A stretch of DNA of 31,058 bases from Paramecium tetraurelia (taxonomy: Eukaryota): assembly GCA_000165425.1 (NCBI GenBank), contig CT867995.1:271173-302230 (forward strand), given 5' to 3'. Every line of letters starts with the position of its first letter. The first letter of the stretch is position 1. The notes under the pieces are model-generated. The model was not told where the DNA came from. It saw only the letters and a program-made list of their open reading frames with translations, and ran no database searches. A program made the position numbers and the translations under genes. Shown here piece by piece: positions 10,610-23,300 of the stretch.

Positions 10610-13600
10610 TAATAATACTATATTGTTTCTTGGTTTGAAAATTAGACGAGCTTAAGGGGAGGTGGATGTGGAAATACAAAGATTCCTAAAGTTTAAATAG
10701 GAAAATTCAATAATTCACTACAACTTTATCAGAATTCACAACGACAACCTCAGAAAAATCTTTCACTTTTTAAGATAAACTCCAACAGGTTGAAATCCTC
10801 TCTGCATTTTCTTGGTTTTACAACAATAAGGAATATTCTCTTAGATAATATGTAATGATGTTTGAATAAATTCAAAATTTTATCACCTAGTTGAAGTATT
10901 GTTAAAATCTCTGATAATATAAATTAAATTATCAGGATTCTTATTCCATTAACTGCTTGACATTTGTGATGATCTCTTTAGAGTAATCCTTTGAAATCAA
11001 TTACAAAATGAGGAGGGATAGATATACGTAGGAAGTTCTCAAATATCATTCATTTGAAATTATTACAGAAATTAAATTCAAAACTAGCATTGAATCAATC
11101 AACATTCATAAAACTAGAGTTGAATTTGAATTCTAGCTTATTAAATTAGGTTAATTTATCATAGAAACTAATTCAGAATGAGAAAAAGAATTATTAATTT
11201 CAATACTATATAGTGCTGCAAGTTCAATATCTCTGAATTAAACCTAGCAGTGAATTAATCGATTCCCCACTAAACACCAGAAAATAATCACCTTTCAATT
11301 TCTATGAAAATAAATTTAGCATCCATTACAAAAATATGAAGTTTATTATTTTTTTGAGAAACTAAAATGTTCAATTATCAATTAATAGAAACTAGGATAT
11401 TCAGTTCAAAACTATTAACCCATTGCCGCAAGGTTATAATTAATATATTAAATTATCTTAAGATTGGATGATACATTTTGTTGAATTAAATTCATAACTG
11501 AGTTAATGTTGTATCGACTAATAATCAAGAAAGAAGAACTAAAACCAACACGGTCAAAAATTTATGCAATTTGGAATCACTTAATAACTACTAATTAAAT
11601 GATTTAACTGCCTCATGAAAAAACCTCTGGCAAACTCTAAATTTTGCAAAAAAGAATTCTTAGCATTTGTAATTTAAATAATTAACAATTTAAAGAGTAT
11701 AGATGAATTTTATTAGTTCTCAAAATCTGTTATCATTATAAAGAATAATACTAATAAGTTTAAGAACTCATATAAATTTTAATCAAATTTAAGTGGTTAT
11801 TAAAATAAAAGAAGTCGAATTTTTCATTAACAATAAAATATAAATAAACAATAAATGAGATAATAGTACATACATTTAATAAAGATATTATAGAAATATC
11901 ATCGGATAGGAAAATTGACTTAACAAAATGTTTCAAGAATATTTTTGAATCAAAATAACTCTTCTTAATTATGCAATTTAGGTCAATTGTTAGATGACCA
12001 AAATCTAGCATCAATACAAACATTACAAGTAGTTTCTTAAAAGGCCTAGCTATTCTAATAATAGGATCTTGCGTTAAATCGAGAAATTATTACTGATACA
12101 ACTTATTCATACTTTTTAGAAGAAGTTGTATAAAGAAATTGGTTTAGTGAAGGAAATAAACTCTTAGATATTTTTTCAGACTCCTCTTATAAAGTTTGAG
12201 AAGCAGCTGCATTTAATTTAATTAAAATACAATCTATAGTGTAAGAGGTTGCCATTAAGGATTTTTTGCAAACTTTATTGCTATGAATATGAATGATTGA
12301 AAGATATCTNNNNNNNNNNNNNNNNNNNNNNNNNNNNNNNNNNNNNNNNNNNNNNNNNNNNNNNNNNNNNNNNNNNNNNNNNNNNNNNNNNNNNNNNNNN
12401 NNNNNNNNNNNNNNNNNNNNNNNNNNNNNNNNNNNNNNNNNNNNNNNNNNNNNNNNNNNAGTGGATCAAGGGTACCACGAAACATAGTCAATAAGTATTT
12501 TGAATTTCTTAAATAATTAAAAGGTCAAAATTTCCCCCTTAATGAGTTTAAATTAATTTGAACAAATTTAGAAGATTGCATTAATACAATCATCATTCAA
12601 AATATAGCCAAGATATATTATTTTAGATGTTGAAAAGATAATTTAGAAGTTCCAAACTAAGAAAAGAGGTTCTTCTTTTATGGAGCTTATAAAAGTTTTC
12701 TTTAGTCATTAACAATGAGAATATTAATCATTTAATGGGCGCTCAATTTACCAAAATTGTCATCTACTTTTTCAGAATCGAATTTTTTGAGACATACTCT
12801 CAAATAAAATGCCTTTAATTAAGATACAAAGCTCATAAGCAGAATTAATTAATGAACAATATCAAAATTAATCAAAACTTAATATAGGTTTCAGATTTAT
12901 AATCAGATTAGACTTAATTAAATTAGAAGTCGGTTGAAACAAAAACCTATTAAGTCAAAGGTTCTAGAAAACTTTCTTTCATTAATTGAAGAATTAGGTA
13001 GCTAAAGTTTCTTTAAAAATTATTCGAATTTTCACCCAATTGACTTTTGGATGAGAATAGAATACTCTCAAGGAAAGTCTTTACTATTTAGAGTGAGGTA
13101 AATTTTATAGTATCAGCGTTCAAACAAAATTAATTTACGGCTTACGATCTTTATGAGACTTTTTCACAATTTTACCATATGAAGCAACTTTAAAATGGAA
13201 AGAATTAAGAAAAACTTTTTATTATGGAACTTCTTTAAATGATTTACATGATTAACCACTATATTTGGCTCAAGATATGACTACATATTAACTTGCCTAA
13301 GTTGATTACTGTTCTAACTTACACAAGCAACATAAGAAGGGGAAAATAAATATTTTTGGGAAGATTAATATTTTGATGAGAATTAAACTAAATGTATTTT
13401 GAATCTATTTATAAAAGTGTTTTAAGATAATTATTTTGGGTTATTAACAAACAGCAGATTCAAATTTGGATCAATTTAATATTTCACTTGAGCATTATTA
13501 AGGTTAAATATAATTATTAAAGCCGAAATTGAAGTAAATTTTGGATATGAAGCAGAAATTAATTTTAATTGTTTAATAATCGAAGCAATAAATTGAGTTT

Positions 13601-14900
13601 GTGCGCTCAGCCTCTAACACTATCTATTTATTAAGATCTCTTAGAGAAAAATTTTAATGACACTGATCTTTCTCATATTTGTTTGTCTACACTAAATTAA
13701 ATGGTTTAAATTTCTGTTAAATTAACTTCGATAAATATAATTTTAATAGGATTTCAATTGATTCATGCAATTTTAACCGTGCTAAAATTACAAATGCAAA
13801 ATGGAAGAACTTGAGTTTAAAGAGAAACCAACATTAATTGAACATAAAGATAGTATAACAAGCCTATAATTCACAAAAGATGAAGGAATTTAATTTCTTT
13901 AAGTAATGATGGAATGATTACAACTTTGTAGGTTCTGGGAAATAGAACCAAAAATTTTTTCGTTTTCAAATCATTAAAAAGTGATTTCAACATTCATTTT
14001 CAGAACAAACAAATCTTTTGCCATGTTTGAAAGGCTAGTCCATTCAGATTTTGAACTGCTCAGGTTTGATTTTGGAATTATTTACCTCTTATTAATTATG
14101 ATTATAATAGAGTAATGTTGTCTTAGGACGGAAATTACATTGCAGCACTCACATAGTCCATTAAGATTTTTTCAGGTAAATTAAATCCTTGAAAATTTAA
14201 ATTTAACCGTAGAGAAATATTTTAACAGTGAAATTTATAATTGAATGCACTGCAATCTCTTCAAGTTCTAAACTGTTAGTTGCACGTGGAGCTGAAGTAA
14301 TGCTATTTTATATAATTAATTTTTCAGATCAACAATAAATTGCAGTTCTCCAAAACAGTGCTCAATCATTAAATACCTCATCGGATGAATAAATACTGGC
14401 TATGGCAGGTATGGGTAATAAGATAAATTTTTGGAATGTAAGGAATAGAGGGAAAGTTGAACTACTTTTCTCTCTCTAAAATAAAAAATATCCTCTAAAG
14501 CATTTCTATAACACAATTCTATATAGGTTATAAATGTTCTAAGATAAGACAAATAAACATATGACTTCTAAATAGAGAATTTTTTGGGGGGTTTGTAGAA
14601 TAAATACGGGAGAAGTTATGTCAAACTCTGTATAAGCTAATTATGAATTATCAGATATTTTGAATATTAGATAAAAATTGATGGTCGTTAGATAGTAGTA
14701 ATTGATAAAAAACAAATGAAGTAAAATATACTTTGGATAAATTTTCTTCAGAAATTAATTCTGCTATATTTTCTATAGAAGGAAAATAATGTTTATTGGG
14801 AATCAAGGATGGGTCAATTTTGATCTATGACATTTTATAATATGTTATCAATCAGATCTTGTTATGCATATTTTTCACATTTTAATACCATAGATGTGTG
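10610..14900 (+). pseudogene. Decayed Paramecium-type NACHT/STAND - pentapeptide - WD40 gene
   Basis: Frameshifted and TGA-interrupted pieces in the expected order: LRGGGCG (10652-10672), EILSAFSWFYNNKE, KYEVYYFFEKLK, DWMIHF, YFEFLKQLKGQNF, TAYDLYETF, SASNTIYLL, pentapeptide-like ISIDSCNFNRAKITNAKWKNL (~13750-13812), and WD40s (HKDSITSLQFTKD; SSDEQILAMAGMGNKINFWNV; INSAIFSIEGKQCLLGIKDGSILIYDI). No Walker A is visible (probably in or near the gap), so NACHT is inferred from family architecture. Confidence 0.75.
12310..12459. other. Assembly gap (150 N)
   Basis: Run of N; the true size is unknown. Confidence 0.99.
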
Positions 14901-15979
14901 AATAAATCTTTTGAGGTGCTGCTCCTTTATACAGCAAAATAGTAATTTAGAGAATTTCAATAGATATAAAATATGACCATTTATACAATTAACATTAAAT
15001 TAAGTTTTAAATTTAAATTTAAGAAGCCAATCTAAAAGATTTCAATAATAATAATCATCCTATTTATACTTTATCATTAAGGCTAAGGATAATTCTTTAC
15101 AATTGAGTGTAATAAAATACCTTATTAATATTTTTTTTAGATATTTAGTAAAATCTCTCAGTCAATTCCCATATTTCAATGAATTTTGTATTTTTACTCC
15201 TGCAAAGAACTTATATTTATAATTAAAGGAATATTAACAATACACAATTTTTTTGATTTTTTTTGCATTGCTTTTGTTTATTGAATGTCCTACTTCTTTC
15301 AAGAGTATAATATATCCTTATATTCCTGAAAATTGGTAAGAGTAAAATCTAGTTTACTTTAAGTCAATAATATAGATAAATACGACAAATCAGCTCTTTA
15401 GTAATAACAGAAAGACCATAATATTAATCCATGATTTAAAACAAAAACATAAATAATTAATAGGTATTCTGAATCGTGTTTAAGAAGGTAGAAAAATTGC
15501 GAAATAGGTAAATTCAAGAAACAAAACTACACATTAATATTCATTAATTTAATATTAAGTGAGGTATAAGGATTTTAATGCAATTTTTTCAATCAATTGT
15601 TCGAACAAAAATTATAACTGTAGTTTCAACTTAGCATTTACACTATATTTTTTTGGCAAATTTAAAATTTGAATCTTCACATACAACATATGAGGCATCT
15701 AAAAATAGAGTAATCCCTCATTTTGTTTTTCAAGAAAAAATTGTTGCAATTGCAAATATTAAAACTACAAATAGAAATTTTGAAAAAAAATAATTTATTG
15801 ATTATGCTTAGTTTCAGGCATGGTTTGCCTAATATTATCATAAGCTATCTTTATTCAATCTTTTACTAATCGTTTTATATTCCTAATTTAACGAAAATTT
15901 TTCTTATTTTTTCTTTTTTTTTCATATATTTTACATTTTATTTAATTTTAGAACTTCAAAAAATTACAAAACCAATTCA

Positions 15980-16780
15980 ATAATGAAATAAAAAATAACT
16001 TAATTGTTTGGAGAGAATAAAAAATTAAAACAATCATAAACAAACCTTTCAAACCAATAAGAGAAAGAATAAGATTTGCATAATTTTATCAACTAAAGAA
16101 TATATGATTAGGTTTAATTAATTTAAGCTTAACTGCTTCTAATAATAATGTAATAAACTCCACTTTTCTCAATTCAAAGATGATGCTACTTTGAACCACT
16201 TTTTTAAGAAATACACAATTTACAATACCCATTAAATTAACTATTATAATGCTCTGTTTTAAACCTCCTTAAGCTATTAAAATGTAAATAAAATGGAGCT
16301 ATTATAACTAAAAAGATACTAAAACTCAATACATCAAAATATTGGTAGAAACAGTTTAATTGAATCTAAGATTGAAATAAAGAGAGAGGAATTAGGCCTG
16401 ATAAAGGAATCCCTCTATAATATTATATAATCTCTGAAAAGAAAAATAAATAACACTCTTTAAATCAGACTTAATCGATAGACCAATACCTTTAAGTTTC
16501 AGAACATTATTAATCTCTTAGAATTAGAAAATGACTAAAAATAGCTATTGTTGAATCTGTTATTCAATAATAAAATTAGAAAGAGGATAATTGTCTGTAA
16601 TTCTATCAATTTTCCATAATATTTAGAGCTAATCAAAAATCGTAGAGTTCAAAGCATTTATTAAATATATGAGTCCATGAAATTTGGTTATTATTAAATA
16701 TTCGGACAATTTATTGACGACTCATGAATATTACAAAATCCTTAATTCAATTCAATATGATAACAAAACTTAATGCCTTA
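15980..16780 (+). pseudogene. Degenerate coding relic (coiled-coil/helical), family uncertain
   Basis: Protein-like segments (MKQKITQLFGENKKLKQSQTNLSNQQEKEQ; HQINYYNALFQTSLSY) broken by frame changes and TGAs. Confidence 0.3.
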
Positions 16781-17180
16781 ATATCCCTAAATCCATAATA
16801 ATACTTTAGTATATTTATCAAAATAAATTTTTTTTTTACATTCTACTTGAAAGCAAGAGATAGAGCATAAACAGAAATGAGACATAGGAATAATTTATGA
16901 AAGTCAAATTAAAATTAATTATTGAATTTCCGCATATAAAAAGAATAAGAATAAGAAGATGAAGATATTTTATTTTGTATTTATTAGATATTTCACAAAT
17001 CAATTTCGATAATTTGATTTGAATATTGTTTCGATGAAAATAATGCCTCATCATTTTATAAATTATAAAATGGTGATATACAGCTCAATCTCTTTAAACT
17101 GAATTATTTAAAATAAGTATTTCAATTAATAGTTAATCAATATAAACATTTATTATTCAAATCATCAAATTTTTCATTTT

Positions 17181-17729
17181 TCAGATGGCATTAAAAAAAT
17201 AGGCTTGAATTTTTATGATTGACATATGCCCATTCACTAAATTGCTACTCTATGAATTCCCCAATGATTATATTCTTATTTTTGAAACAAATCTGGCAGG
17301 AAAATTTATTGTTACTAATCCTATGGCGTTTCCCTCATGTATTTGTTCTTCATCACTATCATCCTTGAAAGTTGCGAAAATTTTAAAATAATGTATTCGC
17401 AAGTCATTATCCCAAAATCGAATCCGTATAGTGTTAATCTCGTATATTTATCGAAATTTAACATACATTGATTAATAACGTTCACATCTTCCATGGCCCA
17501 AAAGATCTGTATCATGTAGTTTTGGATAAACTTTATCTCTTAAAGGGCTTTTGAACTCTCCATAATTAAAAAAGAAAATTTCACGAGCATTTGCCATGAA
17601 GCCACCATTTGAGTCTGAAGCTACATCCCTGTAATGACCTCTTTAAATCGATTTTTCATGAAGTTTCAATATATCGCATGAATCCTATATCGAAAAATCA
17701 AGTAGTATGAATAGGAAATATATTTTCAT
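17181..17729 (-). CDS. Secreted 182-aa protein with a discoidin (F5/8 type C)/galactose-binding-like domain
   Basis: Intact intronless ORF, ATG 17729 to TGA 17183-17181. Signal-like MKIYFLFILLDFSIQ, then DVASDSNGG...VKFRQIYEINTIRIRFWDNDLR...TINFPARFVSKIRI...HMSIIKIQAY, resembling the BTBD9-type discoidin pattern. Confidence 0.82.
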
Positions 17730-18499
17730 ATAAAGAAAAGTATTGTGATTATGGAAATATTAACATTAAATAACTAATTTTTTTTTTCTATATAAAATAT
17801 ACTTCAACTTAAAGATGAAATAAATTTGAATATATTCATTATCCTTTTACATTGGTGATAAAAGAAAAATCTGTAATCCTCTTCTGTATATTACAATTTC
17901 TATTATTGCAACTCTTAGTGATGCATATTTACAATCGTCACATCTCTCCATTTAGGGTCTAAGATTTCCCATCCGCTCCTTGAATATCTCATGTATTTTT
18001 ATTGGGCATTGGAGAAAGTTATTATAGTATCGTAAAAAGGGCAAAATAAAAATTCTAAGACAATCATAGATTTTTCATGTTTCTATAATTCTTAAACTTA
18101 TTTTTCATAAATAAATAGAAAATGGCTTTCTAAAAATTTTAAATTTGCATTTAATTATAATTAAGGGAACCATAGAAAAAGCATTCTTTTCAAATATTCT
18201 TCAGTAATTAAATGAATAACTTAATTAAGAAATCATTTTCATGTATTTGAGAATTTAATGTGTTTTTAAAAAAGGATTTATTTGATGATACATCTATAGA
18301 ATTGATTCCAGCTAAAAGAGGTATTAAGTTATACTAATGGATCCTCATAATTAATAATTTCTTTTGTTAAACTTTCATATTCATCAAGATTTAAAAATTT
18401 AATAAAAATTCTTAATCAATTTGTTTCTCTTTAGTAATTTTATGCAAATTCAATTGACTGATTCTTTATTTAATAAACAATATAGATGCTATTACTTAT

Positions 18500-20300
18500 T
18501 TCCTATCTTTTGTTGTTGTTGGCATTAATTTTCAATGATAAATTTGTTCTTTCTAGATTCTTATTGTCTTGATTCAAACTCTGAAAAAGGCAGTTCATAA
18601 CCATCTATTTAATTTCAAAAGGTTTCATTATAACGATGACTTTAAGCTGTACCTATTACTTTATTTAGAAGGTAAGTGAAATTGGGAAAATGTAGTTTTC
18701 GAGACTTGTTCATTATTTTTGATTTAAATTAAATGTGAAAGATGAATCATAACGTCTAACATAGAAAATTAATTCACTCTACTAGTTTTCAGTATTCATT
18801 TTTTTGATTGACTTTTTAATTTTGTCTATCCTTTCAGTTTATTGTCAATTTTATATAACTTTAATAATCATGCGCACTATTTGTATCTGCAGTTGCATAA
18901 ACTGCAGTTTTGAAAACTGTACTCCTGACCAACAACAACAAAATAGTTTACTAGGCCGACCAAAATGCTACACTTGTTGCAGCGTACTTAATGCCCTTCA
19001 TATATATAATGTGCCAATCCATACTGAATTTATATATCTCTAGAGCTGCTCATCTTGTGCATTGGCTTTGAATTCTTATTCTTGTAAGTAAATTTTGATA
19101 CATGAATTAATTTAAGACTGAGTTGTAAAATTATACCTAAGTTTAAAGTGTTAAAATTTTGAAGTTTTCTTTGAGGCTTCTCATTAATCTCTGTTCTCGA
19201 TTGTTGATCATGTTGCCTAACAGTGTATTATTTTACTGCTCACTATCACACTATTGAATGTGGTGATCTTTGTAAAGCTAATGTTTATACTGGCTATTTG
19301 TTTCGAATCTGTTTTTAATAAAAGCTCATATTTTGTAAATTTATATTATATATGTTAGACAAGATTTGATATTGTGCTACTTTGTAAAATTCAATTATTT
19401 TTCAAATTAAACACTTGAAGTAAATATGCATCTCCTTGTTAAGTCGATTATTCAACTTGTCATGCTATAAAATACACTCAAAGTCGCTTTGTATGATATC
19501 ATCTACTACTAGTGAAAGTTATTGAATATCTGTTTGAAATTTAGACCAGCATACATTTGTTAGAAGTTATTGCTTTACTACCTTACAACCGTGTTAAATC
19601 CATAAACTCAATGCCTACTTCAGAGTTGTATCTTTAAGGCGATTAACTCTGATGCTAATTTCAATTCATCTCCATTTACCTACCTTTGAACTTTTGAATA
19701 TAAATTGTGCAAACCCTCTTGCTACATGCTAGATGATTTGCATATTCTATTTCTTTTAAGGATATTTATCAGAACCAGTTGTAAATTTAAATGCTCTATG
19801 CTTTATTATTCATTTTGTGTAGAAGTAATAACTACTTAAATGAAAAGACTTGTTGTAGAATTATATTTGGCTTTGTTGCCTGATAATTAATTTAAGCATG
19901 TTTAGGTACCCATCATTTCCTTAATTTTAATCCTGAAACTTTTTTATTAGTGGGTGTGCTTTAGGTGTAGGTTCTACTTATGGCTTAGATTATCTGACTT
20001 TAATGGAGTTCTAAAAGATAATTGCTATCAAATCTAGGTTTATGATAAAAGGCCTTAAGTTTAAAAAGGTAATTAAATGCAAACTTCAAAACAACCTATT
20101 TATGCTGTTAATCTAGTGAATCAAAATAGTGCTACTCCTTAAGATTTTCCCTAATTGAGCACAGTTAAACAAGATATTTTGAAATTCCTTCCCTGAGAAT
20201 TCTCATAAATAATTCATAAATTGTAAAAAGTTTGATTACTCACTCTATCGACTTTTCTTATGAAGATTCCTGAAATTTATAAGGAATATGGCATTCTAAG
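18500..20300 (-). pseudogene. Degenerate gene relic with a Cys cluster (possible Zn-binding domain)
   Basis: Minus-strand protein-like stretches with TGAs and frameshifts; RCNKCSILV and QNCSLCNCRYKQCA around 18870-18985. Confidence 0.35.
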
Positions 20301-20399
20301 GAGTAGCAGAATCTCAAGCAGCTAAAGTATCTATCCAAAAAGGCACATATATTTCTGTTGATAGCATAAGGTAAGCTGATTTAAATCTTTTTCTTTAGA

Positions 20400-23300
20400 A
20401 AGAATATCATCCAATTGTTAGTTTTTATCTGAAGGTCATAATACTAAATGGAATAAAAGGATAGATATTATGATGATGGAAATAATGCTTTTGGTAAAAC
20501 TAGTGGAAATACTCTGATGGGGAAGGTATACAAAAATTTTACACCTTAATATATTTATATACTTTACTGGCTAGATGTTTAGTAATATCCACAATAGATG
20601 ATGAATAGGGAAAAGATCTTTAAGAAAGAAAGCTAATCAAACTAAATAAATACTGGAATAGCTGAGTTCATTTTATAAAATTTAGAATGAGAGGATTTCA
20701 TCAGGATATGTGAGCTTACAACTTTAAATGATATGTTCTAGGCATTTCTTAATCAGCACTTAAAGAAGCCAAAATGGGTTACAAGGATGTCAAGAATATT
20801 GCGTAATTTTTAGAATTAGAATTCTATTTCAGTTTATTTAAAGATGTAATACACATACAATTCCTCAGTATTCTTGGAATTTGGGCTTTATAAAACATGT
20901 GGAGGTGTTTATTATTGGAGTATAATAGTACATCTTTCCATCTTATTATATATGCGCTACCCATCTAAATCTTTGCTGAAATGAAAAACCAAAGCAAACG
21001 CATGATTCTGTTTTAGGGTGGATGCTACATTTGATCAATTATGCATTATAATTGAACTAAATGGATTTCGTATAATTTTGGATTAGTGAAATGTAAACTG
21101 TTAGAGCATGCATAAAAAAATGCCTCTGTTATTATTATACTTCTGTAATAATTTGCTGCTCTATGTAATGATGTATTTTATCTTTAACTAAATGTAACAT
21201 ATTTAGCCGTTCAGGTTTAGGATGCAAAAGCATTATCCCTAAAATAATGCATACTTTTTTAGAATTCTATATACAACGACGATTATACATCATATTTTGA
21301 TACTGCTGCGTCACTGTTTATGTTACATTGATTGAAACTTTGATACATCACAAAAAATTTATGCTAAATAAGTTAATTATAGAAATTTTTATGATAGCCT
21401 GACCATTCTCACTAACAATATTGCCCCTTGTGCTGTTTTTGAGTGAAAAATTAAATAACTCTCTATGTATTTAGATTTGGGTGATCAATGTGAATCAGCT
21501 TCTGCTTTTCTAACTTCCTTTACGAAATATGTAAATGCTGTTGTTACTGTGATAAATGTAATAATACTTAGATAAACAATTTTTATCACTTATAAAACTT
21601 GATGCTAAAGCATATATTCATAGTGTATCAGAAGAACTATCACTTCATTGGCTATGTGCTCTTTTTATCGGCCTGGATTGCATCAAAATAAAGCACCGAC
21701 TTCTAATGTTGTAACTATCTCTGAATATATTATTACATCCTCTTGTATTTCTGTTTACATCCAGATTTCTATTTATCTAATCCATCATCCACAAAATTGA
21801 CATATACTTAAATTGCTCTTGTTAGTGCTAGTTGTGTATATGTTCTAGTATTACAAATACAATAAGCACTAAATGAAGTTTAGAACATAGTTATCAACTT
21901 AGGATGTTAAAAGCTAAATTCATGCCTTCCAGATTGTTAGTTCTGATCCTTTTACTTTTAATGTAATTTTTTTTAAGTATGATTGTCCAAACAAAGTCGT
22001 ATGCTAATCTGAGATTGAAGCAACTGTAAATAAGGTCTCCCTTAATATTAATGATTATAATGAAAAGTTAAATTATTCAAAACTCTTTGCTATATCTTGT
22101 TATTGCATTATATTCCCTTAATACTTCTTGAAATGTTTCACTTATTATCTTAGTCAATCTTTTGAGAAGATGTTAAATGTACTAAAGTCCTTTACAATTT
22201 GCACAACATATAAGATTTCAATTAGAAATAAAATTTTTACCGAATTAGATGATCTGCAAGATTAAAGATATATATTGTTATGTTAAATTAATTTTCTCTA
22301 TCACTCTAGCAAAGATGGTTTCCCAATGAAAATAGTGATAAAATACTATATTTAATTGCATATTTAGCAGTGTAATTCTGAAATATGAATCAGCTTCTAA
22401 ATGTATAGCTTGCAAAATCAGAAAACAAATTACTTTGTTGAGGATTATAATGGTGTCAAGAGTTCAAATTTAAATTATTACCCTTGATTACACTAATAAT
22501 CCTTGTTCAAATATTCTCATTAATGATAATTTAGAATGAGGGTGCCAGATTTCAAATACTATGAACCAAAAATATTGTGGAACATCTTCAAAATTAAGTG
22601 ATAGGGAGCTTTAAGGCAATTTTGTGCACTTCCAGATTATTTGATATAATTTTAGTGGTATTTGCCAACCATATAGCAGACAAAAGGCATGATAACCATC
22701 GAATCTAAAATGCTTACCTAAAAACAAGTATTTATGACTCCACTCCATGCCCCTCTAATAATAAAATCTACTTGTAAAATAATACTGGAAACAGAATCAT
22801 TCGTTTATTAGGTGTTGATGGTTAGATTGGAGGATTTTGCTCATCAACAAGCGATAATTTTGTATGAGACATGCTTATTCTGCATATAATAAATGTCTTC
22901 CTGTTTTAGTGGATTACATTGACATGGAGAATTCCTGCTTATTGAATTTTACACTCATTCAAATGTTTTGATACTTTATCAGTTTACTCTAACAATAAAC
23001 ATGAGGTTTCAAAGGCTATTATACTGCATGAAAATAGTATTTGCCCAGAATGGAGTCAGTTCAAAATATCCTCACAATACGTAAAATATTGAAACAAATT
23101 TCCTTGCTCAGCACTGACCGCAAATCCATCTTAAATTGCTCTTGCATCCAATAAAAATAGATAAAGTGCATAAATAAGATTGTGATAAATTTGATTGGAG
23201 GAAACATTTGAAAATTACTATATGCTATAATAGAATTTGCAAATGGTTTATTTTACAGAAACCTATAATTAATTGAAACATTGTAAAATGTCACAAGCAT

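Noticed and set aside
10658..10681. GGGCGNTK as the Walker A motif of the NTPase
   Set aside because: It lacks GK[ST] and lies at the extreme N-terminus, far from where the NTPase core should be; better explained as LRGG|GCG.
12460..13000. TGA readthrough or recoding to explain in-frame TGAs
   Set aside because: The same regions carry frameshifts, and the intact genes end in TGA, so decay is the simpler explanation.
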